DNA of 64,000 nt, taken from the NCBI GenBank assembly GCA_944392615.1, contig CALXXF010000003.1:12191-76190 (forward strand). Direction: 5' to 3'. This document shows, in pieces, positions 28,935-39,472 of this stretch (its first letter is position 1; each line of letters begins with the position of its first letter). A program made the translations under genes and the position numbers. Under the pieces are notes generated by a model. It did no database searches and was not told the DNA's origin. It worked only from the letters and a program-made list of their open reading frames with translations. The DNA comes from an uncultured Clostridia bacterium. Lineage in GTDB: Bacteria; Bacillota; Clostridia; Oscillospirales; CAG-272.

Positions 28935-31607
28935 TTATTGAGCCGTAGATTCGGCATGACGCCTTTTTTCGACCAGCCTTTTTATCAGCTTTTGTATTTC
29001 CACAACGACGACCACTGCGACTGCAAGGGCCAAAGCTGTGACGTATTCGCGAACTGAGACAGGCGTGAAGCCAAAGGCATCTGCAATGGGCGGTATCTCA
29101 ACTACCGCAGTGGTAAGAATCAGCGAGAGCGCGAAAGCGCCCCAAAGGAAAATATTCTGTGAGCCCATAGTGAAAATGGATTTTGTCCTTGAGCGCATGT
29201 TAAGAGAATGGAACACCTCAGTCATAGAGAGGGCAATGAACGCCATGGTCATACCGTGACCGCTTTCCTGTTCCCAGACCGCAAAGTTTCCGAACTGATA
29301 ATAGTATCCGATGAAGAAAGCCACGACCGTTATTGCAGCTATCACAAATCCCTGGAATATCACATCTGCAAGAAGACCTTGCGCAAAAATTCCGTCCTTT
29401 GAATTTCTCGGCTCACGTTCCATTATGCCCGGCTCAGCCTTCTCGACTCCGAGCGCAAGTGCCGGGAAACAGTCAGTGATGAGGTTTATCCAGAGCAGGT
29501 GCACAGGTTTGAGTATTGTAAAACCTATCAGAGTCGCCGTGAATATTGCCAGAACTTCTGAAAGATTCGAAGAAAGAAGAAACTGTACTGACTTCCTTAT
29601 GTTGTCGTAGATCCTTCGTCCTTCTTCAACGGCGGATATTATCGTTGCAAAGTTGTCGTCTGTAAGGACCATGTCGGCGACATTTTTAGTAACATCTGTT
29701 CCTGTTATCCCCATGCCGACGCCTATATCGGCGTTCTTTATTGAAGGCGCATCGTTTACGCCGTCGCCCGTCATTGCCGTTATTTTGCCGCGCGACTGCC
29801 ATGCCTTGACTATGCGGACCTTGTGCTCCGGCTGAACTCTTGCATAAACCGAATAATCTGTTATGTGCTCTGCAAGCTCATCGTCGCTCATTGAATCGAG
29901 CGCAGCGCCTGTTATTGCCTGCGATTTATCTGATATTATACCCAGCTCGGTTGCTATTGCAACAGCCGTATCTATATGGTCGCCGGTTATCATAACAGGT
30001 CTTATCCCGGCGCCGCGGCACTTTTCGATTGCCGCTTTTACTTCCGGGCGCACGGGGTCTATCATGCCCGTTAGACCAATATAACAGAGCTCCTTTTCAA
30101 GATACTCAGGGTCGCTGCTTTCCGGAGCGCCTTCCCAGTCCCTGTAAGCGGCGCAAAGGACGCGCAGCGCTTTATCCGCCATCGCCTTATTCTGTCCGAG
30201 TATCTCCTTGCGCATATCGTCGGTAATCGGCACTTTTTTGCCGTCGGCAAGGATATGAGTGCAGCGCTTGAGAACCTCGTCGGGTGCCCCTTTTGTATAC
30301 TGAACTGTGCCGTCAGGTCCGTTGTGAACCGTTGACATCATTTTGCGCATGGAATCAAACGGCGCTTCCGCTATTCTTGGATATTCTTTTTTGAGGGAGT
30401 TTTTCGGAAGCGAGAGCGAGAGCGCGTAGTTAACGAGCGCACATTCGGTAGGCTCTCCTATGACATTTCCGTCGTCGTCCTGCTCGGCATCGGAACAAAG
30501 AGCCATAGCGCGGGCAAGCAGCTTTTCGTCGCTTCCGCGGTGCTCTACAACGGTCATCTTGTTCTGTGTGAGCGTACCTGTTTTGTCAGAGCATATTATT
30601 TGTGCGCAGCCGAGCGTTTCCACAGCAGTAAGCTTTCTTATGACAGCGTTGCGCTTCGACATGTTTGTGACGCCTATTGACAGAACGATAGTGACAACGG
30701 TGGCAAGACCCTCAGGTATAGCCGCCACGGCAAGAGAAACAGCGACCATGAAGCTGTCAAGTATACCGTGCAGACCGAAGTCTCCGTTTTTTATAAATCC
30801 TACGGCAAAAATTATCACACATATTCCTATTACCAGAAAACTCAGTGTTTTGCTGAGCTGAGCAAGCTTCTTCTGAAGAGGTGTCTGACCGTCTCTTGCC
30901 TGTGTGAGGGCATGTGCGATCTTTCCCATCTCGGTGTTCATTCCGGTGCCGGTGACGACGGCGCTTCCTCTGCCGTAAACAACAGTGCTGCCCATGTATA
31001 CCATGTTTTTGCGGTCTCCAAGAGGAACGTCCTTCCCGTCATCAGCAGAAAGAACTGCGTTTGTTTTGGTTACAGGCACGGATTCACCCGTAAGCGCCGC
31101 TTCTTCTATTTTCATGGAGGCGCATTCAATAACACGTGCGTCGGCAGGAACGGCATCTCCCGCTTCAAGGACCACGACGTCTCCGGGAACTATACGCTCG
31201 CTCGGAATAACTGTGATTTTTCCGTCCCGCATGACCTTTGAGGTGGCAGCGGCTATCTTCTGGAGCGCCTCTATAGCTTTTTCTGCCTTGCTTTCCTGCG
31301 CAACTCCGAGGACAGCGTTCAAAATGACCACTGCCATTATTATGATAACCTCGGTGAAAGAGCCGTCTTCTTCAACAAAAGCAAGTATTGCCGAGACGAC
31401 AGCAGCCGCTATGAGTACGATTATCATAGGGTCGGCGAGCTGCTTCAGAAACCGTACTGCTATACTTGTTTTCTTTCCTTCTGCGAGCTTATTGCTGCCG
31501 TGCTTGGCAAGACGTTCATCGGCATCGGCAGACGACAGTCCGTTTTCAGAGCTGTTGTACTCCGAATATACGCCGTCGATCCCGGTCAGATATTCTTTCA
31601 TTGCCAA
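28935..31607 (-). CDS. P-type IIA cation-transporting ATPase (Ca2+/Mn2+; YoaB-like)
   Basis: LTGES, IPEGL, phosphorylation site DKTGTLT, KGAPD, MITGD, TGDGVNDAP, WINLITD. Confidence 0.92.
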   Translation of the reverse strand: MAMKEYLTGIDGVYSEYNSSENGLSSADADERLAKHGSNKLAEGKKTSIAVRFLKQLADPMIIVLIAAAVVSAILAFVEEDGSFTEVIIIMAVVILNAVLGVAQESKAEKAIEALQKIAAATSKVMRDGKITVIPSERIVPGDVVVLEAGDAVPADARVIECASMKIEEAALTGESVPVTKTNAVLSADDGKDVPLGDRKNMVYMGSTVVYGRGSAVVTGTGMNTEMGKIAHALTQARDGQTPLQKKLAQLSKTLSFLVIGICVIIFAVGFIKNGDFGLHGILDSFMVAVSLAVAAIPEGLATVVTIVLSIGVTNMSKRNAVIRKLTAVETLGCAQIICSDKTGTLTQNKMTVVEHRGSDEKLLARAMALCSDAEQDDDGNVIGEPTECALVNYALSLSLPKNSLKKEYPRIAEAPFDSMRKMMSTVHNGPDGTVQYTKGAPDEVLKRCTHILADGKKVPITDDMRKEILGQNKAMADKALRVLCAAYRDWEGAPESSDPEYLEKELCYIGLTGMIDPVRPEVKAAIEKCRGAGIRPVMITGDHIDTAVAIATELGIISDKSQAITGAALDSMSDDELAEHITDYSVYARVQPEHKVRIVKAWQSRGKITAMTGDGVNDAPSIKNADIGVGMGITGTDVTKNVADMVLTDDNFATIISAVEEGRRIYDNIRKSVQFLLSSNLSEVLAIFTATLIGFTILKPVHLLWINLITDCFPALALGVEKAEPGIMEREPRNSKDGIFAQGLLADVIFQGFVIAAITVVAFFIGYYYQFGNFAVWEQESGHGMTMAFIALSMTEVFHSLNMRSRTKSIFTMGSQNIFLWGAFALSLILTTAVVEIPPIADAFGFTPVSVREYVTALALAVAVVVVVEIQKLIKRLVEKRRHAESTAQ

Positions 31608-31670
31608 TATTCATCCTTTCATGTTGTGTAGCGACGCATTGCAAAGGGCGAAAAATCCGCAAGTACCTAT

Positions 31671-31803
31671 AAAAAAGACTCACATACTGAAAAGCGTATG
31701 TGAGTCTCATTCATTAAGGATAAACCAAACGCCGTGCTTTTGAAAATTCCGGCGTTATGCTGTTGATTTATCCCGCATATTCTGCGGAATTACTCCCTCA
31801 TCT
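31671..31803 (-). ncRNA. yybP-ykoY (Mn2+-sensing) riboswitch with intrinsic terminator
   Basis: Minus strand TGAGGGAGTA...ATCAACA...TGAGACTCA (P1 closure) then terminator GACTCACATAC-loop-GTATGTGAGTC-TTTTTT overlapping the aptamer 3' strand; sits upstream of a P-type ATPase, a known context. Confidence 0.8.
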
Positions 31804-31844
31804 TTGTAGGCGACGCGGCGCTGAAATCGGTAGTATCTGAGATT

Positions 31845-31873
31845 ATTTTAACTCAAACATCATGTATAGTCAA
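31845..31873 (-). promoter_or_regulatory. Sigma-A promoter for riboswitch + P-type ATPase
   Basis: TTGACT-17bp-TAAAAT on the minus strand. Confidence 0.7.
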
Positions 31874-32024
31874 CGCATTTGGAACAAATTTACAATTTTT
31901 TAATATTTATCCCCGTACCGATTATTTCCCCCGGAATGCAAATTTATTCGCTGCGCGCTGCAGTTATGCGACCCGGCGGCACATACGCCGACAGCTGACG
32001 TCAGATTCCGTGTCAGGAAAGGCT

Positions 32025-33392
32025 TCAGAAGAAAAGCTCGGCGGTGTCGGCAATAGATTCTGCAACAGTTGGATGCGGATGTATAACTCCGGCAATATCT
32101 GAAAAATGCATTTTGCGGGATATGGCAACGGCAAGCTCGGATATCATGTCAGACGCCCGCGGGCACACGAGCTGAGCTCCTTTTATTATGCCGTTTGAAT
32201 CTGTTATGAGTTTGACAAATCCACGTTCGTCTGTCTCTATGCTCGCTTTTCCGTTGGCACTTATGGGATATTTTTTTACGTTTACAGCTATTTCTTTTTC
32301 CGCCGCTTCATCTTTGGACATTCCGACGCATGCTATTTCAGGGTCGGTATATATGCAGCATGGAACGACGCTTTCATCTATGACAGGAGGTATACCCGCT
32401 ATTATGCAGGCTGTGTTTTTTCCGCATGCCGCCGCATAGTGAGCGAGCTGTACAGCGCCGTGAACAGCGTCTCCTACGGCATATATTCCGCTTCGGCTTG
32501 TGCGGTGGCTGGCATCGGTAACTATGGCGGAGCCGACGGTTTCAATAAACCCTGGCTCAAAAATGCCGTCGGTGTTGGCGCGTCTTCCTGCAGCAGATAT
32601 GAGAAGGTCGCATTCTACAGAATGCATGGAATCTCCTGATACATAATCACAGATGATCCTTCCGTTCTCTTTTCTGCACCTGGTGAGCGCCGCTCCGGTT
32701 ATCACGTCGATGCCGCGCTTCCTGAAGGAAGCGGAAAGCGTCTGAGATATCTCACGGTCCTGAGTAGAGAGTATGCGGTTCTGAAATTCCAATATTGTGA
32801 CTTTTTTGCAAAGCGAGGAATAAATCTCAGCCATTTCGCATCCTATCACGCCTCCTCCGACTATGACAACGTCGTTGAAATCGGCCGGGACGTCGGCTTT
32901 ACCGGTGAGAATATCGTCGCTTGTGAAGGCGCAGTCTTCAATGCCTTCTGCACGAGGAATACTCACCTTCGAGCCTGATGCGATAAGAATATAAGAGCAT
33001 TCTAAAGTATCGGTATCGTTGATTACCACGAGCCCCTCGGATTTTATCCTGGCGTTGCCCTTTATGCAGTGGATACCCGCTCTTTTCAGAAGAGCTTCCA
33101 GATTTGTTCTTATATTGAATACTACGGAGTCAGCCCTTTCATGCATTTTAACTGCGTCATATGACAGCCCTTGAGTAATTATCCCAAGATTGTATGCATT
33201 TTTCATATTTTTGTAAAGCTGGGCGGTATGAAGCAGAGCCTTTGTCGGTATGCATCCGCGATTCAGGCACGTGCCTCCTGTCTGCTCTTTTTCTATGAGA
33301 GCTACGGACAGACCGAGAGAGACCGCCTTCAGTGCTGCTGTATATCCTCCCGGACCTGCTCCTATAACGGCAAGATCATATTTCATCGTCAT
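32025..33392 (-). CDS. lpdA: Dihydrolipoamide dehydrogenase (glycine cleavage L protein)
   Basis: GAGPGGY, GGTCLNRGCIPTK, GGGVIGCE, HPHPTVAE. Confidence 0.92.
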   Translation of the reverse strand: MTMKYDLAVIGAGPGGYTAALKAVSLGLSVALIEKEQTGGTCLNRGCIPTKALLHTAQLYKNMKNAYNLGIITQGLSYDAVKMHERADSVVFNIRTNLEALLKRAGIHCIKGNARIKSEGLVVINDTDTLECSYILIASGSKVSIPRAEGIEDCAFTSDDILTGKADVPADFNDVVIVGGGVIGCEMAEIYSSLCKKVTILEFQNRILSTQDREISQTLSASFRKRGIDVITGAALTRCRKENGRIICDYVSGDSMHSVECDLLISAAGRRANTDGIFEPGFIETVGSAIVTDASHRTSRSGIYAVGDAVHGAVQLAHYAAACGKNTACIIAGIPPVIDESVVPCCIYTDPEIACVGMSKDEAAEKEIAVNVKKYPISANGKASIETDERGFVKLITDSNGIIKGAQLVCPRASDMISELAVAISRKMHFSDIAGVIHPHPTVAESIADTAELFF

Positions 33393-33494
33393 GACTCCTG
33401 TTCTTTATTTGCTTTGCTCCAGACATGATTTGAAGAGTGTGTGCTTTATGGGGTGTGCGCTCTGTCACAGACGTATTCTGTAGGGAAATATTTT

Positions 33495-34499
33495 TCACGT
33501 CTGTCTTGAGAAAAAATCGTCGTGCGCCATGGCAACCAGGTCGTCTGCCTTTCCTGCGTCTTTTACAGATGAGCGTATGGCTTTTTCAAGCTCCTCCTCT
33601 GTGAATTTTCTGCCCAGAAGTGCAGACTCCACCCAGATGTAATCGTCTGTACAGAGGGAATCGGTGTAGACGCGGGCACCGGTCACCACGTTTCCGCTTA
33701 CGTTTATGCAGAATTCAACATTTCCGTAGCTGAATTTTCTTTCGGATACACAGCTGAATCTGATGCGCCGGCTGTATATCCAGCTTTCTGAGGCTATGTA
33801 GTCGGCAAGGGCGTTTATCTCAACATTTGCCTCCCGCGGTACAGAATATTTCCTTGCTTTCCCGTACTCAGATGAAAACGCTTCGGAAAGAAGCGTTTTC
33901 ATCCTATCGGCAGAAATAACGGTTCCGCACAGGTCGCTTATATTTGCAACCGGTGAAACCACCGACTCTACTGCGCGCGAGGCAAATTTTGGCGACTTGG
34001 CAAGATATACCGATAATTTCTTCAAATCCACATCCAGCATCAGAGTTCCGTGATGACACGACGCGCCGCAAACCGTGTAATAGGCGTTTCCTGACAGCTT
34101 CTGCCCGTTCTGGTATATGTCGTTTCTGCCGCCGGCAACAGCGTCAATACCGAGTTTCCTCAAGGCTGAGACGACCACATCGGTCTGTCTTTTTACCGAA
34201 TACACCGGTACTGTCGCGATGAAAGAAAAATTGAGATTGCCCATGTCGTGATAAACGGCGCCGCCTCCGGAAAAGCGCCGGCAAATGTGTACGCCGTTTT
34301 TCTTCATGAGTTCTGTATCTACTTCCTTGTAGATATTCTGATTTTTTCCTATTACAACTGTATCGGCATTTTGCCAGAGATAGAGTATTATTTCATTGTC
34401 CTTTACATTTGATGTAAGATATCTTTCGACGGCAATATTCTTATAAGGGTCAGATGTCAAAGACTCGTACACATATGTATTAAGTTCTTTTGCACTCAT
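33495..34499 (-). CDS. lplA: Lipoate-protein ligase A
   Basis: LWQNADTVVIGKNQN, RRFSGGGAVYHDMGNLNFS, GRNDI, KLSGNA, HHGTL. Confidence 0.92.
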   Translation of the reverse strand: MSAKELNTYVYESLTSDPYKNIAVERYLTSNVKDNEIILYLWQNADTVVIGKNQNIYKEVDTELMKKNGVHICRRFSGGGAVYHDMGNLNFSFIATVPVYSVKRQTDVVVSALRKLGIDAVAGGRNDIYQNGQKLSGNAYYTVCGASCHHGTLMLDVDLKKLSVYLAKSPKFASRAVESVVSPVANISDLCGTVISADRMKTLLSEAFSSEYGKARKYSVPREANVEINALADYIASESWIYSRRIRFSCVSERKFSYGNVEFCINVSGNVVTGARVYTDSLCTDDYIWVESALLGRKFTEEELEKAIRSSVKDAGKADDLVAMAHDDFFSRQT

Positions 34500-35935
34500 T
34501 TTTCCGGAATATACCTCAACACCGGGTTCCGCGCTGCTTCCGCTTCATCTGGGCGTTTTATTGGCGTGTTGTACGGAGCGCCTCTGAGATATTCGGGATC
34601 TTTCACTGCCATCTCGTATATTTGCGTGAATGCCTCCGCTGCCTGTTCGAGAGTTTCCTTGGACTCTGTCTCGGTAGGCTCGATCATGAGCGCCTCATGG
34701 ACGATGAGGGGGAAGTACATTGTAGGCGGATGCATTCCTTTGTCGAGGAGTGCCTTTGCAATGTCCAGGGCGGATACTCCGCTTTCGTGCTTGATTTTTT
34801 CAAGCGTCATAACGAATTCATGCATACATATGCCGCCGTACGCCATATCGTAATTCTTTTCGAGAAGATGTTTCAGATAATTGGCGTTGAGTACGGCATT
34901 CTTTGCCGTGTCCGGTATGCCTGATGCGCCAAGCGAGAGAATATAGCAGTATGCCTTGAGTACCACGAGAAAATTCCCGTAAAATGAGCGCACCGAGCCT
35001 ATTGAGTCAGAGGGAACAGAAAAAGCAAAGCTACCGTCATCGTTCCTGACTACAGTTTTACCGGGAAGGAAGGATGAAAGGAAGCTCTTGCATCCCACCG
35101 GTCCTGAGCCGGGGCCGCCTCCGCCGTGAGGCGTTGAAAATGTCTTGTGAAGATTCAGATGGACTACATCGAAGCCCATGTCTCCGGGTCTTACTATTCC
35201 CATAACGGCATTCAGGTTGGCACCGTCATAATAGCACAATCCACCCGCAGAATGCACTATTTCGGTTATTTCAAGTATATTTTTATCAAATATTCCAACG
35301 GTATTCGGATTTGTAAGCATCAGGCCGGCAGTGTCGTCAGAACAGACGGCGCGGAGCTTTTCAAGGTCGACGCAACCGTCGGGAGCCGACGGGATATTGA
35401 CAACGGTGTATCCTGCCATAGCGGCGGAAGCGGGGTTTGTTCCATGAGCGCTGTCGGGAACTATTATTTTTGTCCTCTTAAGGTCCCCGCGGGATTCATG
35501 ATACGCACGTATGAGCAGAAGACCCGTGAACTCTCCGTGTGCGCCCGCTGCAGGCTGGAGCGTGAAGTCGTCCATACCGGTTATCTCGCAGAGGCTTTTG
35601 GAGCACTCATACATGACTTCGAGCGCTCCCTGAGCACTTTCCTCGGGCTGCAGTGGATGCAGAGCGGTAAAAGCGCGTTCGGATGCCACCTGCTCGTCTA
35701 TTTTCGGATTATACTTCATGGTGCATGAACCGAGAGGATAAAAACCGTCGTTTATACCGTGCGCCTGCTTTGCAAGTGAAGTATAATGGCGCGATATATC
35801 CGTTTCTGAAACCTCCGGCAAATCAAGAGGTTCCTTCCTCAGAAGCCCTTCAGAAAGGGCGTATTCCGGCACATCCGGTTCTTTCAGCAGGGAAAGACCT
35901 CTGCCTTTTACTGACTTTTCAAATATGAGTTTCAT
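34496..35935 (-). CDS. gcvPB: Glycine dehydrogenase subunit 2
   Basis: MKLIFEKS, YPLGSCTMKYNP, QPAAGAHGE, HLNLHKTFSTPHGGGGPG, EPTETESKE. Confidence 0.95.
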   Translation of the reverse strand: MKLIFEKSVKGRGLSLLKEPDVPEYALSEGLLRKEPLDLPEVSETDISRHYTSLAKQAHGINDGFYPLGSCTMKYNPKIDEQVASERAFTALHPLQPEESAQGALEVMYECSKSLCEITGMDDFTLQPAAGAHGEFTGLLLIRAYHESRGDLKRTKIIVPDSAHGTNPASAAMAGYTVVNIPSAPDGCVDLEKLRAVCSDDTAGLMLTNPNTVGIFDKNILEITEIVHSAGGLCYYDGANLNAVMGIVRPGDMGFDVVHLNLHKTFSTPHGGGGPGSGPVGCKSFLSSFLPGKTVVRNDDGSFAFSVPSDSIGSVRSFYGNFLVVLKAYCYILSLGASGIPDTAKNAVLNANYLKHLLEKNYDMAYGGICMHEFVMTLEKIKHESGVSALDIAKALLDKGMHPPTMYFPLIVHEALMIEPTETESKETLEQAAEAFTQIYEMAVKDPEYLRGAPYNTPIKRPDEAEAARNPVLRYIPEK

Positions 35936-37242
35936 TTCGTCGCCTCCCCGCATATTTTCAGGAGCCTGTCTATCTGTTCGCGACTGTTGCATTCGGTTGT
36001 GCACCAGAGTATGCCGTCCTTTGTAGGCAGTCCTCCGAGTATTCCCTCACAATCAAGCTTTTTCATGAGTTCATCGGAGTTTACCGGACAGCTCGTGAGA
36101 AATTCGTTGAAAAATTCGGAAGAGTATATGCGTTTGAAGCCGAGACTGTCAAGAGCTTTTGCAAGATAATGCGCGTTTGAAAGAGAAACAGTTGCCGCGC
36201 GGCGCATGCCCTTTTTTCCCATTGCGCTCATATAGCATGCGGCACAGAGGGCGCAGAGAGCCTCGTTAGAGCATATGTTTGAAGACGCCTTTTCACGGCG
36301 TATATGCTGTTCGCGAGCCTGAAGCGTGAGCACAAAGGCGCGGTTGCCGTCTGAATCGAGTGTCTGTCCTACGATCCTTCCCGGCAGCTTACGTACAAGC
36401 TCCTTGCGCGCCGCCATAAAGCCAAGATAAGGTCCGCCGAATGAAAGAGGCATGCCGAGCGGCTGTCCTTCGCCGCATGCGAGGTCGGCTCTGTATTCTC
36501 CGGCGCTTGACAGGATGGCTGCGGCTATCGGGTTTATGTACATTATGTACTTTGCTCCCGCAGCGTGCGCCGCATCGGAAGCTATCCTGCAATCTTCTAT
36601 ACAGCCTAAGAAGTTGACCTGCGCTGTCAGAACGCATGCTGTGGTATCATCAAGCGCAGAAGTGAGTGCGTCTGTATCCGTGACTCCGTCTTTTCCTGGA
36701 ATGAGCTCTACCGTCATTCCGTTGGCTTTGCAGTAGGTTTCTACCGTACTTATTACCATAGGGTTCAAAAGAGAGGATACCAGCGCCTTGCTTCTCTTCC
36801 GCTCTCGGCATGCCGCAACAGATTCTGCCGCGGCTGATGCCCCGTCGTATACGGATGCGTTTGAAACATCAAGCCCGGTGAGAGCGCATATCATCGTCTG
36901 ATACTCAAATATTGACTGCAATATACCCTGGCTTATTTCTGCCTGATAAGGCGTATAGGCAGTTACAAATTCTTCTTTTGATATAACGCTTCTGACAATT
37001 GCCGGGATATAGTGGTTGTATGCACCTGCGCCTCTGAAAATGGCAGTATATACCTTGTTTTTGCGGCAAAGTGCTTCCGCTTTTTCTGAAAGCTCCTGCT
37101 CGGAGATGCCTTCCGGAAGAGAGAGATGCTTTATTTTTATTTTTTCGGGGATATCGGCATAGAGTTCGTCAGCATCTTTCATGCCGAGCGCTTCGAGCAT
37201 GAGCCGCTTTTCTTCCGCCGATGATGGAACATATGTATTCAT
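35932..37242 (-). CDS. gcvPA: Glycine dehydrogenase subunit 1
   Basis: GAGAYNHYIP, TAYTPYQAEISQG, NASVYDG, FGGPYLG, LQAREQHIRREKASSNICSN. Confidence 0.95.
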   Translation of the reverse strand: MNTYVPSSAEEKRLMLEALGMKDADELYADIPEKIKIKHLSLPEGISEQELSEKAEALCRKNKVYTAIFRGAGAYNHYIPAIVRSVISKEEFVTAYTPYQAEISQGILQSIFEYQTMICALTGLDVSNASVYDGASAAAESVAACRERKRSKALVSSLLNPMVISTVETYCKANGMTVELIPGKDGVTDTDALTSALDDTTACVLTAQVNFLGCIEDCRIASDAAHAAGAKYIMYINPIAAAILSSAGEYRADLACGEGQPLGMPLSFGGPYLGFMAARKELVRKLPGRIVGQTLDSDGNRAFVLTLQAREQHIRREKASSNICSNEALCALCAACYMSAMGKKGMRRAATVSLSNAHYLAKALDSLGFKRIYSSEFFNEFLTSCPVNSDELMKKLDCEGILGGLPTKDGILWCTTECNSREQIDRLLKICGEATK

Positions 37243-37266
37243 TCAAGCCTCCGTCGTGATATGTAC

Positions 37267-37641
37267 TCAGAGTGCGGCGCAGTATTCCTCATACTCTGCA
37301 GGAGTCATAAGACCGTCAGTAGATGAGATATCAGTGAGCTTTGCTATCCATGTCCCGTAGGGATCGGTGTTGAGAAGAGCGGGATCGCTCTCAAGCTGCG
37401 TGTTTACCTCAGAGATTGTGCCGTCCACGGGAGAGTAGACATCTGAAACCGCTTTGACCGATTCTACATCCGAATACGCATCGGACGTGCTGACCTTGTC
37501 GCCGACAACAGGCAGCCCGACGAATACTATATCTCCCAGCTGGTTCTGGGCGTAGTCGGTTATTCCTATGTAAGCTGTGTCATTTTCAATTCTGACCCAT
37601 TCATGTGATTTGCTGTAAAGGCATTCTGTGTTAATATTCAT
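37267..37641 (-). CDS. gcvH: Glycine cleavage system H protein
   Basis: YSKSHEW, GITDYAQNQLGDIVFV, lipoyl-Lys in VESVKAVSDVYSP. Confidence 0.95.
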   Translation of the reverse strand: MNINTECLYSKSHEWVRIENDTAYIGITDYAQNQLGDIVFVGLPVVGDKVSTSDAYSDVESVKAVSDVYSPVDGTISEVNTQLESDPALLNTDPYGTWIAKLTDISSTDGLMTPAEYEEYCAAL

Positions 37642-37883
37642 TTTTTCCTCCGTGATTGCAAGAATTGCAATATTTATTTATTGTTTTTTGTTTGTCGGAA
37701 TATAATGCAAAGTCCTGTCCTGCTTATTTTGAAAAAGCACGCCGTTCCACCGCTTGATTCAAATATAGAATCAGAAAAATATCTCTGCAAAATCAAGTAC
37801 AGTAAATATGTGCGCGGGAGCAAAGCTTATCGGTACTCGGTCGGCAAGCACTCGGTCGGCAAGGAAAATTCAGCCCAAACGAC

Positions 37884-38975
37884 TCATTTGGCATTGCTGT
37901 AGAAGGGAAGGGCAACGATCTCCGCCTCTGTCTTTCTGCCGCGTATATCAGCATAAACACGGGTTCCGGGGACGGAGTATTTTTTATCGACTATAGCCAT
38001 GGCATAAGAGCCGTTGAGCCATGGGCAGAACGTTCCTGAGGTCGATACACCAATTACTGTATCGCCTATGTATATAGTCTGCTTTTCTCTTATAATACCT
38101 TTTCCCAATGCCTTGAGTCCCACCCTTATGCGCGTGGGCTCTCCCTTTTCTTCAAGGGCGCTTTTTCCTACGAAAAATGGCTTGTTCATTTTAACGGCAA
38201 ACATAAGTCCGGTTTCTCCGGGAGTGGTATTTTCATCCATCTCATGCCCGTAAAGCGGCATTGCCGCTTCAAGTCTCAGCGTGTCGCGCGCTCCAAGACC
38301 GCAGGGCACAAGACCGTCGCCCTTCGCGGAATCGAGAAGAATATCCCATATATTTACCGCATTTTCGTTCATCGTGTATATTTCATATCCGAATTCGCCG
38401 GTGTATCCCGTTCTCGAAAGGATACAGGGAAATCCTCCCACAGACGAGTTGAAGATTGCACTGTAGTATTTTTGAGGTATCTTGTCTTCAGGAGTGAGCC
38501 TCTTTATTATTTCACGCGAGGCGGGCCCCTGTATGGCTATCTGGGATATCGAATCTGAAATATCGGAAAATTCTACGTCGCCGGACAGATTTGATAGCAT
38601 CCACTCGACATCCTTGGAGCGATTGGCGGCATTTACAACCACCATGTAGTCATTATCGCTCTTTTTGTAAACTATGAGATCGTCAATAAAGCCTCCGTTT
38701 TCGTTGAGCATCGGGCTGTACCGAGCCTGTCCGTCATACATTCCGGTAAAGTCGTTTGATAAAAGACGGTTGAGGTTTGCAAGTGCGTCCTTGCCTTTGT
38801 ATCTGACCTCACCCATGTGTGAGACGTCGAAGAGCCCCGCAGCCTTCCGCACGGCAAGGTGCTCGGCAATAACTCCTGTTTTTTCATACATCACAGGCAA
38901 AAGATATCCGGCAAACGGAACGATTCTTGCGCCGAGGGCAACATGACGGTCGTATAGCTCAGTTTTCTTTTCCAT
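37884..38975 (-). CDS. gcvT: Glycine cleavage system aminomethyltransferase T
   Basis: FDVSHMG, DDLIVY, SRTGYTGEFGYE, GLGARDTLRLEA; AAGGAG RBS. Confidence 0.95.
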   Translation of the reverse strand: MEKKTELYDRHVALGARIVPFAGYLLPVMYEKTGVIAEHLAVRKAAGLFDVSHMGEVRYKGKDALANLNRLLSNDFTGMYDGQARYSPMLNENGGFIDDLIVYKKSDNDYMVVVNAANRSKDVEWMLSNLSGDVEFSDISDSISQIAIQGPASREIIKRLTPEDKIPQKYYSAIFNSSVGGFPCILSRTGYTGEFGYEIYTMNENAVNIWDILLDSAKGDGLVPCGLGARDTLRLEAAMPLYGHEMDENTTPGETGLMFAVKMNKPFFVGKSALEEKGEPTRIRVGLKALGKGIIREKQTIYIGDTVIGVSTSGTFCPWLNGSYAMAIVDKKYSVPGTRVYADIRGRKTEAEIVALPFYSNAK

Positions 38976-39163
38976 TTTTTTCTCCTTAAAATTTATATAT
39001 TGTTTTTGGTATTCAACAGGGTTTGAATTGATATGCCCGCAGCTCTGTATCGGGTATATCAAATACAAGAACGTCGTCCTGCATTTCTGCGGGGCAGCTG
39101 CTCATGGCACGCTTTTTTGTATTTTGTATCTGGATTTTCTGAAAGCGATATCAGACAAAGTTT

Positions 39164-39245
39164 TTGGAAAAGTGAAGTCTTTGGAAAAGTGAAGTCTTTG
39201 GAAAAGTGAAGTCTTTGGAAAAGTGAAGTCTTTGGAAAAGTGAAG
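39164..39245. repeat. Tandem repeat, about 4.8 x 17 bp (TTGGAAAAGTGAAGTCT)
   Basis: Four exact copies plus a 14-bp partial copy, no spacers, in the gcvT leader. Confidence 0.92.
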
Positions 39246-39251
39246 GCACTG

Positions 39252-39472
39252 AAAAAAGGCGCACTTAAAAGAGTGCGCCTTTTCCGTCCGCATTACCTGA
39301 AAGATTCTTTCCGAGTCATGTCGGAAATTGCTTCTTCGGCGAGCATCCTACAGCATTATGCCTTATAAACATGCTCTTTTCCGGAAGTGTGTCCGGCAGC
39401 GGTCCTTTTGCCTGAGAGTTAATCGCGCATCGATCCCCTTCGGCTCCTTGCGGTCTCTCCCGTTGCCATCGC
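39252..39472 (-). ncRNA. Tandem glycine riboswitch with terminator
   Basis: Minus strand aptamer 1 GGAGAGACC..GCCGAAGG..CTCTCAGG..GGAC, aptamer 2 GGAAAAG..CGCCGAAG..ATCTTTCAGGT..GGAC, then AAAAGGCGCACT-loop-AGTGCGCCTTTTTT; directly upstream of gcvT. Confidence 0.92.

Noticed and set aside
23387-31743. Long antisense ORFs over uvrA, uvrB and the P-type ATPase (e.g. 24723..25556, 30985..31743); also 45731..46699 and 49946..50848
   Set aside because: Shadow frames of well-supported genes, with no independent motifs.
39164-39245. Possible CRISPR array (also 21765-21806 and 49288-49364)
   Set aside because: Units are 14-20 bp, head-to-tail with no unique spacers, and there are no cas genes.
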